A stretch of DNA of 64,000 nucleotides from Octopus vulgaris (lineage: Eukaryota), in assembly GCA_951406725.2 (NCBI GenBank), contig OX597817.1:21762001-21826000 (forward strand). The letters are read 5' to 3'. Of the stretch, positions 26,290 to 40,689 are shown one piece after another. The notes below the pieces were generated by a model that saw only the letters and a list, made by a program, of their open reading frames with translations, had not been told where the DNA came from and did not search any database. The translations under genes were made by a program, and so were the position numbers. Position 1 is the stretch's first letter. The number at the start of each line of letters is the position of its first letter.

Positions 26290-27130
26290 GCAGGTGAATT
26301 TTGAGAGAGAAGGTGCGTTGATATTCCCTCTGAAGGAGAATGATGAGAGATTCGAAGTTGGAATCCGAACCTAGGACCGAATATATGAAGAGTGATTGGG
26401 GCAGAAATGTCGATAAAGAGATGACCTATTGTCAAATCGGATGGCCTTGTTTACTTGTTATAAATCAACTTTCACAAAAGAAATTCGAAACCATGTAGGA
26501 GGTTTTTTAAAATGCATAGAAATGAGTCCTTAATGTGGAGTAACCTTGACTGCGTCCACTGAGGAAGAAGATCTTAAAAAGCAATCAGGAACGAGAACAG
26601 AGATGTGACCCAGGAGGCGGAAAGAGGGGGCGGAATTAGACGCTGTGGACAGAAACTGTTACATAATTTGTGGGCTAGCTGAAAGTAAGGAACAGTGAGA
26701 AATGAAACACGCGTAATAGTTAGATTGTAGGCAGGATCAGTAGCGGTAGATTCTGCACTATAGGTGTACAGTATTGGGGTAGTAGGTAGTAGGTATCGTG
26801 ATTTAGATTCCGGACATGAAGTATATGGACGGAGCGTAATCATTGACACAAGGAAGGGAAAGTCAACTGTTGAATACGGTTTGGTGAGTTCTTATTTCAT
26901 ATGAATAGACTGATCACGTTTAGATCAGTTCTAAAAATCACAGTTGCAGCTATAGAAGGTGAAGAAATGGAGGATTTTGAAGTAATAGAATTGGATGATT
27001 TGAAGTCATAAGGTCAGGAAAGGGTGGGAATGCGACGAAATATCAATGTAGTACTGTTGTGAATATTAAAGATGTATCGGAGACGGTGGAAACCTGAGTG
27101 GGGTGAAAGGAGTTAGTGAATGTGTTTTCG
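26290..27130 (-). pseudogene. Possible highly degenerate CR1/L2-like LINE fragment
   Basis: Higher-GC, purine-skewed block; minus-strand remnants FQLAHKLCNSFC...PPL and QVNKA resemble the EN-RT linker. Weak. Confidence 0.35.
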
Positions 27131-28096
27131 AATTTGATAAAGGAAATCTATCAAAGCGTTTACAGACGCCTTTCTTACCTAACACTTCAGGTTACACATC
27201 TTAAATACATATTTATATTACTGTTAAGCATATATGGGGAATTTGTTCCGTTAATGTTCTTATACTTCTTCATTAAGTAAATTTATTAACATTTATGTTT
27301 CTTTATGTGAGTTTCGATGTATATATGCGTAGGCTTGTGTGTATGTTCAATCTTGTGCGCATGTGTATAATCATGTACACAGAAAAACACATAGAACTGA
27401 TATACTGGTTTGTAAATTTCCTGTATCACATAACTGGAATTAAATCAAATAAGTTATGGAAGTAGCATACCAATGATATTTATGTAATAACTAATTTCTT
27501 TTAATCATTTTATAATTTACATTCATTACATTAAAGTAACCTTAGTTATAAAACCGATCCGCTACTTTAAATTCTAACCACAAACTATACGTAGTAACAC
27601 TCACATCTTCCCCTGAATATCAAGTCAACAACAGAGTTTCGAAAAGACAAACAGAATAATTCTTTGCATCTGAAAGCAGTTGAATTTGCGTTTTCTATTT
27701 AGACGGAGGGTGAAAAATTAATTAACCTTATCTCATTATTACATACCTGTTGTGATATGTCTTTTTTCATTGCAAGCTTGAAAGTGTTTATTACTTTTCC
27801 AATTATATATTTCCCTCCAGCCAACATTGTTGATTATGCTAAAGTAACGCAAGTGAGTAAAAATAAACACACAAAAAGGGGGCGGGGAAGATTAAGATAC
27901 ACGAAGAATACTAACGAAAAGCTTATATGATCATATTATGCAACTGTCATTCTAACTAAAGTTAAAGCAAATAAGTTTTAGAAGTAAGATATGTTGTTTA
28001 GTTATTCTTATCTTTATATTTCCTGAGACATGACTTATCAATGATATACTCACTCAATCGCTCATCATTTTAACCACTCCTACCTGTTTCATGGAT

Positions 28097-28248
28097 ATCT
28101 TTCTTCTTCTTCTTCTTCTTCTTCTTCTTCTTCTTCTTCTTCTTCTTCTTCTTCCTTCTTCTTCTTCTTCTTCGTCCTTCTTCTTCTTCTTCTTCTTCGT
28201 CTTCTTCTTCTTCTTCTTCTTATTCTTCTTCTTCTTCTCCTTCTTCTT

Positions 28249-28340
<92 letters not shown>

Positions 28341-28365
28341 CATCATCATTATTATTATTATTATT
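28097..28365. repeat. Compound (TTC)n-(TTA)n microsatellite
   Basis: Directly visible. Confidence 0.97.
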
Positions 28366-28704
28366 CTATGTTTGACTTTTGCTTTATACTTGTACAAGTT
28401 GGCTCCAAGTCTCCCCCAGAGACCTCAAGAAACAACAGGTTGGAAGTCCGTGATGTTGTTATGCCTAGCGTGCCATATATTTGGTTTTGTATTTAGTGTT
28501 GTACTAGTGAATGTCTAAAAAAAAAACGAAAATTATGTTTGTTTTAAAACTTGAGATTACATAGAAAGTATTTTGCGTAGGATATGAGCAGTTCCCATGA
28601 GCACTATCGTTTGAATTTCTGCTATTTTGGGGTTTCCTGGTATCTGAGTTAGGTAGCGATCAGCCCCTTTTGCAATCATTACCAGGACACCTATGACAAC
28701 AGGT
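28366..28704 (-). mobile_element. Short 5'-truncated Dong-like copy (ORF end + 3'UTR) inside (TTA)n
   Basis: PVVIGVLVMIAKGADRYLTQIPGNPKIAEIQTIVLMGTAHILRKILSM*; flanked on both sides by (TTA)n; same subfamily as 35230-35877. Confidence 0.88.
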
Positions 28705-28730
28705 TATTATTATTATTATTATTATTATTG

Positions 28731-28813
<83 letters not shown>

Positions 28814-28969
28814 TCTATTTTCCTTTCTCATGAGATATCTATATCACATCTCAACTCCTCACAACTTTGAGACGCAACACTTTCCTTTAACACATTTTTT
28901 GTTTCACGTAATGTTGCGAACGATTCATTTCCGATAAACTTTGGCATTTGCAGCATTTCATGTCAGTAT

Positions 28970-29700
28970 GTTGTTTTCTGTAAGATGCTCCCAAATGCAC
29001 CCATTACAATAGGTAACATATTCACTTTTGAATTTCTAGGGGCGCATTTCACGTCCAGTGCTAGTTTTTGGAACTTGTGGACTTTCGCGTAGTCTATCTT
29101 CACACTATTCTGGGCTACTTCAGTGAAGGTCAATTCTTTGTACTCATTCCGTAGAAGAGTGATATCTGATGAGTAAGCTGTGTAGAAAGGAATGCTTTGT
29201 GAATTTCACATAATCATTCTCTGTTACTGCTAAAAGTCGGTGCCCATACAGCTCGCTGGAACTTTATAGCCCATACTTCCTGAACAACACCCTGTGTAAT
29301 CTCACTGCCATATTGTAATTGTGTTTTTTGTACTCCTTTTGGACCAGTTTTGAGCATCGACTAATTACATATCTAATTATCTCAGCTGATTTCTTCACGT
29401 AATATATACAAAGGTGTTTCTGCCGTCTTATCAATGCTACACATAATCGGATCAGTTCTTGAGTAGCAAACATTCATGTCTTATAAAATCCATCCTTAAC
29501 CATTTACAGTACTCTTCATCAGTTTCATCTGACATTTGTGGAAAGTTACTTTTTGAGTATTTTGTTTACCGTTTTGCATATTTTCTTGTAGATAAAGTAC
29601 TCTGCATATTATGCGTAGAATTCCTAGTAGGGCTTTTGATTTTCGGCTTTACTTGTCTGAAAGTTGTATGGCTGTATTTTTGTATTTGCTTATAAGAATA
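28970..29700 (-). pseudogene. Old degenerate R4/Dong-like fragment
   Basis: FATQE...CIYYVKKSAEIIRYVISRCSKLVQKEYKKHNYNMAVRLH (decayed AAQE/CCHC/RH motifs) and PIVMGAFG. Confidence 0.7.
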
Positions 29701-30754
29701 TTTCTATTATGGCTATGAAATTTATAGTTTGAATGATTGTGCTAGCTGATTTTCTACTATTTAGTAATCACTAAATATTTATATTTTGATTACGTCTCCA
29801 CTTTGTTCAGGGACGATCTTACCTTAGTTGGAACTGGTATTTTGCTATGAGCATATTTTACTTGAGAGCGTATTGGCTGCAGCTTTTAGGAATTCGTGTC
29901 TCCTTTAAGAGGTTATCTCATTGCTTCGCTTCTTCTTTATTAATATGACTCATTGCTGCCTCCATCATATTGTGCACCACTAAATTATTACAACAGAATT
30001 TTACCTTCTGTTGCAAGCTAACTACTGCAATCACTTATGATAGCAAGCTAACAGAATAATTTTTGTGTAACTTATTTGAAGCACTACTATTCCAACTTTT
30101 AATCCTTTGAGTGACATAAACTGTGAATAATAGTCCAACACATTATTTTTAGGAGCCACAAAGTAACCATCATACTAGACGCTAAAGTTTATTACAAAGT
30201 ACGCCAATAGATGTTAACCATAGTTACATGTAAAAACATACTAAAATATTTAGATATATCAGACAGTCTATAACGTCTTTCATGTTCGTACGATTAATAT
30301 TAATTTTAATTTGTTCATAAATAGTGTCGACTAAAACTCCATAGTAAATATTATCATCAAAAGCAAGCTTTGCTATTGTATGAGTTATGTATAATAGACA
30401 AAGTCCACTATATCAAATGATTTATGCTGTAAAATTCATGGGTTTGGATGAGAGTATATGTCTAGGAGATAAGAAGACGTATCCTACATTTCGGAACTGG
30501 ATTGTCATCTGATTTATCTTCTCTATACTCCGTGCTAACTTACGAAACCTGTAAATATTTATGTATAATATAAAGTCCAAAATATCCATTACTATTTTTA
30601 AATATGTCTTACAGCGAATAGTCTATTAATTCTTAGTACTTGTGCCAAATGCAAACAAATTATAAACCAACCAAAATTACTACTCTCTTTCTTTCATAAT
30701 TTGCCATACTTTACATTCATTATCCACTTATATATATATAATATTGTTTACAAA

Positions 30755-30955
30755 CTTTTGCCCAAAGTCAGCAATTTGAGGTCAGTGACTAAGTGGATTA
30801 TATCGACCCAAGTATTCAACAGGTACTTATTTTATCGACCCTGAAACGATGAACAAAGAAGTCAACATCGGCGAAATTTAATTTCAGAACGTAGAGACGT
30901 CGAAATGCCGCTAAGCATTTTGTCTTGCGTGGTAAGGATCCTGCCAGCTCGCCGC
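30755..30955 (-). mobile_element. SINE family A monomer
   Basis: Reverse complement of the family A head (gcggcgagctggcag) and core (gtcgataaaataagtacc). Confidence 0.8.
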
Positions 30956-32244
30956 ATTGTTTAGAAAACATAACTTATTGACTAATTATTCATTAAATGT
31001 AACTGATAGGATAGCGGCCATCATTTTAGATTTTAGATCTTCATGTACGATATATTCTAACTTTAACATATCGATGTCAGATCAGCAATCTTCCAGAGCA
31101 GTAGTTATTAAAAGTTTTTACCCAAACGCCTTTTTTCGACTGTATAAAATCAACAAGCTCCTTGGTTTTATAAGGTAGCTATCGTCAATTTCATTTTACA
31201 GCCGCTCCAACTTATAGCCTTCTTTCAGGGTCACTGTTCTAACATATTTTGAGTATCATACTAAGATTTCTGTGTCCCAAAATTTCACTCCTGCAAAACA
31301 AATTCAAGCACAGCCATCACTATTTCTAATCTTTGAAATAGCTGCAGTAGAAATTCTTTCAGAAGATTCAAATTCTATGTCAATTATTGACGAGAATAAT
31401 TAGTACATTATTTTACACTATAATATAAAAAAGAAACTCACCATTTCATGGCCTTCATTTGACTTACTGTTAGCTTACTTATTAACAGACTACCAATCAA
31501 TTTTTTTCTCTAACTGAGCAAAGCTGTAATAGCCCAGCATTCCTGCACTAAATGAAACCTGGCAACTGCTACTTCATGTACTATTATGCATCTAAATATA
31601 TATTGCCTCTGTACCTGACATACGCAAAAATATTCGCGGCTTATATCCCCGAATATACCATATATATCTGAGTGTGTGTTATGTGTGTGTATGTGTTTAG
31701 TCAAACAATTGCAAATATTACTGTCATTATGAAGATTAACTTAACTTCAATAAATATTCAATGCATCATTAGAATGCCCCATTTTTATTTTAGTACATGT
31801 ATCTACGCAAGGAGGCAGAAGCACTTTTCAATAATAAGGCTGACATAGTGTGGAAGTCTTTAAGAGCTTAATCAGTATTTGAGACGTTAATTCTTTCCCT
31901 CTGGTACGAATCTTTCAACTGTAACTTGAAATTTAGAACACCATTAGTTTCTCAGACCCACGCAATATCGATCTCTTATTCAATATTATCAAAGTTATAG
32001 AAAGTATCAGCAACCAGCCAATTTGCCCATGAAAATAGATCCTTTTAAAAGGAAAAAAAAATTAGCATGAAACTAATTGATTACAAAACACAAGAAGTTA
32101 TCTTGTGTTTCTTTCATTATATTTATGTCACCACCTCATTTATCTATGCATCTGCCAATCCATTCCTCCACTCCTCTCTGTCTCCATGTGTCTGTCTCTC
32201 TTTCTATCACTCTCTATGTATGTATGTATGTATGTATCTATCTA

Positions 32245-32288
<44 letters not shown>

Positions 32289-32405
32289 TTTATATACATA
32301 TAAATATAGATATATGTGCGTGTCTATGTGCATAAGCGTATGTATATATATATATATATATAAATACATATATATATATATATAGATATATGCATATATA
32401 TATAC

Positions 32406-32439
<34 letters not shown>

Positions 32440-32780
32440 GCATATATATTATGTATATATTTATATATGTATGTATTCTACTTAAAGGGATCATATCGAA
32501 TTAATTAGCTATTATGCGAATTTCTTTATTAACCTTCTTTACGTAAATACTTTTTGTTGCTGCAAGAAACATGCAGAAGAAAATAAATACATGAAAGAAA
32601 GCAAAATTAAAAATATTAAATAAGAAAAGCGTTAAGGATATTTCTTTTGTTAAGTTGCTCTATTTTCTGCGTTCAATTTCTTTTCACACTTTAAACTTTT
32701 GTCAGTTTTCCAACAAATCATTGAAAGAGTAATTAGTATTTTATTATCATTATTATCATAGTAGTTGTTGTTGTTGCAGA

Positions 32781-32853
<73 letters not shown>

Positions 32854-33005
32854 TCTCTTCTCTTGAATATAACAACGACTGAATTTCTACATCTACTGGA
32901 AATGAAGATTGCAAAAATCATTGTCCCACTTTTTTTGCTATTTCTTCATCAGAACTCAATAGAGTAAATACAAATAAATGCTTCCCCCTCTCTCATTCTC
33001 ACCCC

Positions 33006-33073
<68 letters not shown>

Positions 33074-33476
33074 TACACAACCACCCCCATATATATTTCT
33101 CTTTGAACTTTTCTAAAAGTGTAGTGCAAACAGATTTATTTATGTTTTTTGGAGGAAGGCAATGCAATGCTATCCAACACGCATTTATTTGATTCACACA
33201 TATTCATTTTAGGTTATATAATCCGGTGGAATTTCATTCAACGCTGTTAACAATCACCTCCGTTTTCAACAGTATCTGTTATCCGGCTTCGAAATTAGTT
33301 CCAAACCATGTTGTCCCCGTTCCTTTGCGATGGATTATTAATTGCAGTGACAATTTTATATATTCACGTAATTAGTGTATTAAATACATGTTAGCTGTGA
33401 TAGAGCTTCACTCAATCATAATTTTTTTAAAGCATTGTATTTCATTCAAATAGAGACCAAATTCAGATGAACGTTA

Positions 33477-33669
33477 TACTCTTTTATTTGTTTCAGTCAT
33501 TTGACTGCGGTCATGCTGGAGCACCGTCTTTAGTCGAGCAAATCGACCCCAGGACTTATTTTTGTAAGCCTAGTACTTATTCTATCGGTCACTTTGCCGA
33601 ACCGCTAAGTTACGGGGACGTAAACACACCAGCATCAGTTGTCAAGCGATGTTGGGGAGACAAACACAG

Positions 33670-33707
<38 letters not shown>

Positions 33708-33905
33708 CACACACACATATATATATATATATATACATACATATATACGACGGGCTTCTTTCAGTTTCCGTCTACCAAATCCACTCACAACGCTTTGGTC
33801 GGCCCGATGCTATAGTAGAAGACACTTGCCCAAAGTGTCACGCAGTGGAACTGAACCCGGAACTATGTCACTCGTAAGCAAGCTACATACTACACAGCCA
33901 CGCCT
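33477..33905 (-). mobile_element. SINE family B
   Basis: Aligns end to end with 23046-23453. Confidence 0.9.
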
Positions 33906-34260
33906 ATACCTATAGGCTATGGTTGTTTATTATAGAGATCAGTTAATGATATCACGTTAATGTTATTTTAGAGCGCACCACACAACGCTTAGCTTCCATG
34001 TTTGTAAACAATGACATACAGTATGATGTCATTGCGGTATGCTCCATTTAAAACATCATAGATGAAGAAGTAATATTAATAGGAAGTTTGGTTTGTCCTG
34101 ATTGTAGGATGTATGATACTACTTCGTAGAGGGTCTTGATAACTTGCCTCAACAGTATATTTCTGTTAAATAACAATAGCCTTTATAAGCTATTGATACG
34201 TTACTGCCGCTGCGGCGCTCTGCTGTTATTACCACTACCAACATCCTCATCACAACCACA

Positions 34261-34322
<62 letters not shown>

Positions 34323-34529
34323 GAATACAACAAAACCATCACCATCACTACTACTACTATTAATGATAATTAGTATGAACATTATCCTTAATATTTATTT
34401 ATTTATTATCTACAGGGTCTAAATATAGAGGGGACAAACAAGGACAGACAAAGGGATTAAGGTGATTAGATCAACCCCAGTGCGTAACTAGTACTTATTT
34501 AATCGACCCCTAAAAATTAAAGGCAAGCA

Positions 34530-34698
34530 TGATTTTCTTGTTTTCTTAAACATTCTCTAGAACAATACTTTGTGCAAAACCAAATATATGGCACCCTAGT
34601 CATAACATCAACTTGAACTACTAACTTGTTGTCTCTCGATGCCCCTGGGTGAGACTTGGAGTCAACTTGTGCAAATACAAAGCTAAAGTCAAACATAT
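34530..34698 (+). mobile_element. Isolated Dong-like 3'UTR fragment
   Basis: 'ttcttaaacattctctagaacaatactttg...aaagtcaa' matches 35724-35873. Confidence 0.8.
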
Positions 34699-34703
34699 AA
34701 TAA

Positions 34704-34921
34704 TACTCTTTACTCTTTTACTCTTTTACTTGTTTCAGTCATTTGACTGCGGCCATGCTGGAGCACCACCTTTAGTCGAGCAAATCGACCCCAGGACTTA
34801 TTCTTTGTAAGCCCAGTACTTATTCTATCGGTCTCTTTTGCCGAACCGCTAAGTGACGGGGACGTAAACACACCAGCATCGGTTGTCAAGCAATGCTAGG
34901 GGGACAAACACAGACACACAA

Positions 34922-34970
<49 letters not shown>

Positions 34971-35137
34971 TACGACAGGCTTCTTTCAGTTTCCGTCTAC
35001 CAAATCCACTCACAAGGCATTGGTTTCGGCCCGGGGCTATAGCAGAAGACACTTGTCCAAGATGCCACGCAGTGGGACAGAACCCGGAACCATGAGGTTG
35101 GTTAGCGAGCTACTTACCACACAGCCACTCCTGCGCC

Positions 35138-35138
<1 letters not shown>
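34704..35138 (-). mobile_element. SINE family B with (AAAAGAGT)n-like 3' tail
   Basis: Very similar to the 23046 copy; tandem 'tactcttt(t)' x3 at the 3' end. Confidence 0.92.
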
Positions 35139-35197
<59 letters not shown>

Positions 35198-35229
35198 TGA
35201 TTATAATAATAGCAATATATATTATATTC

Positions 35230-35875
35230 ATTGGGTAATTTGCAAAAACTTGGACCTGCACCATGATAATAACTTGTAAGAACACAAATCACGTCCAGTG
35301 CTTGAAAATGACCACATCTCACTGCTGTGAAACTTCACCGTTCAAACTGACAGAGAAACAGATGAGAATAGGCCAGATATTATATCGAAGGACTTCAGAC
35401 AAAAATCATGCATCCTAATCGATATGAGTGTCCCAATCGCCATAAATGTATCTGTCAAGACCTACCAAACACTGAGCAAACATAAACATCTTGAAATAGA
35501 AATTGGAAAAATGTGGAACCTGAAGAGTAAAACAATACCTGTTGTCATAAGTGCATTAGGATTGATAGCAAAAGGGGCTGATTGCTACCTAGCTCAGATA
35601 CAAGGAAATCCAAAGCTTACAAAAATTTTAAAAAATAGTGCCCATAGGAACTATCCATATTCTACGAAATGTACTGTCTATGTAATCTCAAATTTTAAAG
35701 CAAATTTATAATTTCCTTATGATTTCTTAAACATTCTCTAGAACAATACTTTGAGCAAAACTAAATATACGACACCCTAGGCATAACCTCAACATGATCT
35801 TCTAATTTGTTGTCTCTTGAGGTCTCTAAGTGAGACTTGGACTCTACTTGTACAAATCCAAAGCAAAAGTCAAGC

Positions 35876-35877
<2 letters not shown>
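35230..35877 (+). pseudogene. Dong-like RLE fragment + 3'UTR ending in (TAA)n
   Basis: RPDII...CILIDMSVPIAINVSVKTYQTLSKHKHLEIEIGKMWNLKSKTIPVVISALG; (AAT)n on both sides. Confidence 0.88.
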
Positions 35878-35920
<43 letters not shown>

Positions 35921-35989
35921 TTAATAATAATAATAATAAAGTTCACTAGTTGTCATAAATTAATCTGAGAGAAATTTAATACTTTGATC

Positions 35990-36745
35990 AATGGTGAAGA
36001 AGAAATCCAGCGCTTGTTGACATAATGACAAACGGTATTTTGTCTGAAGAATGCATCAAAAAGGAATGCTACTGCCAATTAGAGACCAATTTCTGGCCTC
36101 CCAGTAATGTGGGAGTTTCTGTCTGGAGGAATTGCAGAACGGTACAAATTTCTTAATGAGAACATATATTACCGACAGAATAAAAAGTCTGTAGAAGGAG
36201 ATGCAGATGTACCAAAGATCAATTAGTGATAGACAAAATTGCAGTGCAATATTGTTAATGAAGGCGAAAAAATTTGAGAAAGTGAAAATCCTCTGGGACT
36301 TCCAGACAGACATGGTGTTAGAACACCGAAGGCCAGATCTATTAACCTCTGTGAGTGACAAAAAAAGTGCCTAATAATCGACGGCGGCGGTGCCAGGGCT
36401 CAACAGATTATCATGAAAAGAGGAGAAAAGATTTATAAATATGGAGACCTTAGAAGTGAGATCGCTAAGATGTGGCAGCTACGAGAGTTAAACGTAAAGT
36501 TTGTCCCTGTTGTCATCGGAACATTGAGTTCCATACCATCGAAACTGAAGTAACATCTGGAAACTTAAGAAATAGCTTACAATGTAGGTGTATTGCAAAA
36601 ACCCACATTACTTGGAGCTGCATGTACATTGTGTAAAGTACTGTCTGCCTGAGGTCCTTGTTGCTAATTGACAGACATTATAAACCCCCGGCAGGCACGA
36701 TATCTTCAATCAAAATCACGATATGGGATACTGTGTGACGTCTTA
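35990..36745 (+). pseudogene. Dong-like CCHC/RLE fragment of another subfamily
   Basis: EKVKILWDFQTDMVLEHRRPDL; EKIYKYGDL; FVPVVIGTL; LQKPTLLGAA; ends at a short (TAA)n. Confidence 0.82.
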
Positions 36746-37176
36746 AATAATAATAATATATTACACTGCTAAATCCGACACCATTCCCATGCTAGTTTAT
36801 GTTGCCCCAGGCCATTGAGTAGTTTTCATTTATTTTCTTATCTAAATATAGGTGACTGAATTCAGTAGACGCAAAATTTATACACTCTGGTCAAGGAAAT
36901 AGTCGATTCACAATATCATTGCATGTTACATTATGTGGGTTCCATTCATGAAGGTTTTTAGGTGTTACCCATCTTTATCCATCATATTCTCTATCGATAG
37001 TTCCTTACTAAGTCTAATTAACTGTGCCTTGAAATTCCCTCTAAACCAATGCAAATTGAAATAAAAATTGCTGCGATATCACTTATAAAAATGACATGAC
37101 ATTTGCATAACGCATTCATTTTCATGTAAACGGGTCCTCGGCTCGATAACCTCTGCTAACTTAACACACAGGTTAA

Positions 37177-37231
<55 letters not shown>

Positions 37232-37311
37232 CGTGTGTGTGTGTTTGTGTTTGTGTCTATTTCTAGCTTGTGTAGCTACTCAATAGTGCCCTTACTTTAA
37301 ATATATTTACA

Positions 37312-37537
37312 CAGTAATTCCTCGCCATTTCGTGGTTCACTTATCGCGGTTTATTATATAAGCTTATGTTGATTCCTCGATGGTATTGCATTTCATTTAT
37401 GATAACATTAACGTATACAAATTCTATGAAGAATAAAAAATGAAAATATACCTTACAGTACTGTTTCTATTTCGTGGAGTTTCACGTATCGCGGTGTGCT
37501 TTGGAATGTAACACCCGCGATAGTCGAAGGATTACTG
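37312..37537. mobile_element. Tigger/pogo-like MITE
   Basis: Imperfect ~23-bp TIRs: cagtaattcctcgccatttcgtgg vs the reverse complement of ccgcgatagtcgaaggattactg; TA TSD not preserved. Confidence 0.65.
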
Positions 37538-37553
37538 AATACACGCACACATA

Positions 37554-37928
37554 TCTTTATATATAAAAGTAAGGTTGTGGGTCTGTCTACTCCGATTTAG
37601 TTTTCTAACTACTCCCACATTTTGCGGTGCAGTTTAACCAAAACCGGGTATCTTATAGTCGCGATTCATTAGCGCGCGTCTACGATGAGTCTACGATTTT
37701 AAAAATAATTTACCATCATTTTTTCCATTTTAATGTATTTTTTCGCTATTATATAAGGGAAGTAACTCTCTAAAAATGTCTACGATGAGTCAACGATTTT
37801 AAAAAAAATTTACCATCATATTTTTTCCATTTTTAATGCATTTTTTTGCTAATTTTTGACTATAACTCTAAAAATGCTTTATAGTTATTTCCCTTACAAG
37901 CTCGAGCAACGCCGGGCGATGCTGCTAG
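37554..37928 (+). mobile_element. Non-autonomous Helitron, copy 1
   Basis: a|TCTTTATATATAAAAG ... GC-rich hairpin ctcgagcaacgccggg ... CTAG|t; inserted between A and T, no TSD. Confidence 0.85.
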
Positions 37929-38526
37929 TATATTTATATGTGTTTGTGCATGTGCCTGTGTGTGCGTATGAAAGAGGGAGAGAGAGAAAAAGAAATACAG
38001 AGAAAGAGAGAGAGAGAATTCCTGTGAGTGAAACTCTAATGAATGGGAAACAAGAAACTCTGAGTAGTGACTCAACAAATATTAACTAAATAAATATTAT
38101 TTCATTCTGCTTCACAGTTCTGATTATATCTCATGATTCATTAAGTTTCACACTAATGTGAACCAATACTCCCTCTCTGTCCCGCTCTATCTCTTTCACG
38201 TCGCCCTCCCTTTCTTTCTCTCCCTCCCTCTTCTAGTAGCTTTCTATATTTCTCTCTCTTTCTTTCTTTCTCTCCCTCTCACTGTCTGTCTATCTCACTA
38301 TCTCTCCTTCCCTCTCTCTCTCTCCCTCTTGTGGTCAAATACTTACCTAAAACCAAGCTGAAGCCAATAAAAGATTTATACTATTAGTTACGTATATACA
38401 TACCTATGCCTATGTATACATATATATGTATATGTATGTGTATTCTTATAAGTATGTGTTTGCGTATATATATATATATATATATATTATATGTGTGTGT
38501 AGAGAGAGAGAGAGAGAGAGATAGAT

Positions 38527-38560
<34 letters not shown>

Positions 38561-38571
38561 CACACTCACAC

Positions 38572-38635
<64 letters not shown>

Positions 38636-39227
38636 GTATGTATAATGTATATCATTATAATGAGTAATGGAAGATTATTTCATAATAACAATAACATCTG
38701 CAACAGTATTATTCCCAATACGCCGCTATATTTCATCTCGCTACTTTACAGAAAATATTGTCTGAATGGACTCTTGTCTATGTTATCTATCACCCAGTTG
38801 AACTTGCCTTCTTTTGCGATTCATCCGCTTTAATGATGTTACTAATCGATATGATTTTGTCAAGCCTTCTATAAAATCGGTCAATGAAGACTACTTACTA
38901 TTTAAGATCCTTGTCTGACCTCCTAGCACTATGCCAAATTGCATTAATCTTTCTCTTTATCATTAGTATTAATATTGCTGTTGTTGTTGTTGGTGTTATT
39001 GTTATTATTGTTGTTGTTGTTTTCCATCTTATAATTATTATTCTTGAAGGTGTATGATAGCGGCAAAATTGTAGTGACTAAATAAGCTTCCTCTAGCTGA
39101 CTGCAAAATGGGGCACGTACTGTGAAGATTCACTTACCTTTGGCGTATCATTGTAATTTTGGGGCATTTATAGGATGCCCCACATTACCATATGGTCTCT
39201 TTCTTACAGTTCTATACATTATTATTA

Positions 39228-39289
<62 letters not shown>

Positions 39290-39294
<5 letters not shown>

Positions 39295-39780
39295 GGTTTG
39301 GCTCAGCTTCGGTCTTACTCCTGGTAGGATTTATGTAGTTGGCGGGTTACTACATCTAGCCTTATGAATTAACAAGTTTACAGCAGTCTTTCAAGTGCTT
39401 AGAACAATTCTGATAATCTTTGCTCTCCCTAAGAGACCAACTATTTTTAGGAGCTCCACTGGGCATTCTATTTCAGTCTCCTTAAGATATTTGGTTATAT
39501 ATTTGCTTACTGTTCCCAACGCACTAATTATTATAGGCACGACCTTTACTGGTTGCATGCTCCAAATTCTTCCCATTGCAAATTTTAAAGAATTGTATAT
39601 TTTTATTATTTTTCTTCCTCTTTCTCTATGATCGTGAAATCAAACGGCATGACGAGTCGATAAGGAAGCAACTTCGCTTTTCCTTATCGATAATTGTTAT
39701 GCCTGGTCTATTATTTTCTTAACTTCTTGTTCGTTTGAATACGAATGTACCACAAAATCTTACATTTCTCCGCCTCCAGT
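39290..39780 (-). pseudogene. Dong-like RLE 3' fragment + 3'UTR next to (TTA)n
   Basis: GRIWSMQPVKVVPIIISALGTVSK...LLKIVGLLGRAKIIRIVLST*. Confidence 0.82.
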
Positions 39781-39812
39781 ACTTGTTATTATCTTTATCG
39801 TCGCGTAAACTT

Positions 39813-40040
39813 ATTTTTCTATCACGTGTTTTCGTTGCACTACCGAGCGTAGCTCTGTGTGCCTTAGGCACGTGCAGTGGCTTGATGTGATGATCTTATT
39901 TTTACTGTATTGAAAGTGTATTACGTAGGATGTGTGCGCTGCCTAGTAGTACTATTTTCTGAATGTTATATATACTTGTTAGTTCTGGTGTTTTTGTTAT
40001 GTATTTGCCTGAATATTTTTTATCATACCTAATGTGCCTA
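39813..40040 (-). mobile_element. Older 3'-end copy of the same family as the 15649-18520 element
   Basis: Aligns with 15665-15890 (e.g. cactaccgagcg(c/t)agctctgtgtgcctt; ctggtgtttttgttatgtatttg). Confidence 0.88.
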
Positions 40041-40149
40041 ATACTGCATCAGCGCATTTATTATTGTTGTGTTGTCAAAAGTTTCATATACACGCAACAG
40101 TTTAGACCGTTGCAAAAGAAAAATTCTTAACATCGAGCTACAGGTAAAC

Positions 40150-40380
40150 TTAGATTCCAAGAAGCTGCCTAACTATCCAAGTTGACCCTAATAACACTGT
40201 TTTCTGGAGCCGTACTAAACTTGGATTTATACTTATTTCCTCTATCCATCTGTTTAAATCTTTGGGGATAGTTCTCAATGTACCTATATCTACTGGGTTA
40301 CATTTTATCTGCACTTTCCATGGTCTGTGTAATTCAGAGGCTAATTTTTCTATTCCTTTCATATTGATTTTTCCTCCTCA
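40150..40380 (-). pseudogene. Dong-like RLE 3' fragment
   Basis: LASELHRPWKV...PVDIGTLRTIPKDL...LQKTVLLGSTWIVRQLLGI*. Confidence 0.78.
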
Positions 40381-40689
40381 TTTGTTGATGTCGTTGTCGT
40401 TGTTGTTGTTGTTGTCGTTGTTGTTGTTGTTATTATTATGTTAGTATTCTCGAGCTTACTCGTTCTGGTTGATTCTGTGAGAGACGACAGCAACCCTTCG
40501 TCAGAGGTCTCACAGGGTCTGTTTCCGCTAATTATATGTTTTGGTACCTGTATGTTAGCTTATCGGGAAAGACACTCAAAACCCACTCAAGAACCAATCT
40601 CGAAATCCTAGCTATCCTAAACAGAAAAGTATTCTGGGCCTAGTCTGCATCTATGTCAGTTCCAATTTCTCTGGTTGATTTTGCTCCGA

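Noticed and set aside
40490-40530. CTGACGA and GAAAC on the minus strand suggesting a type II hammerhead
   Set aside because: The cleavage triplet would be GUG, stem I is too short and there is no stem II; it lies in a probable Dong 3'UTR.
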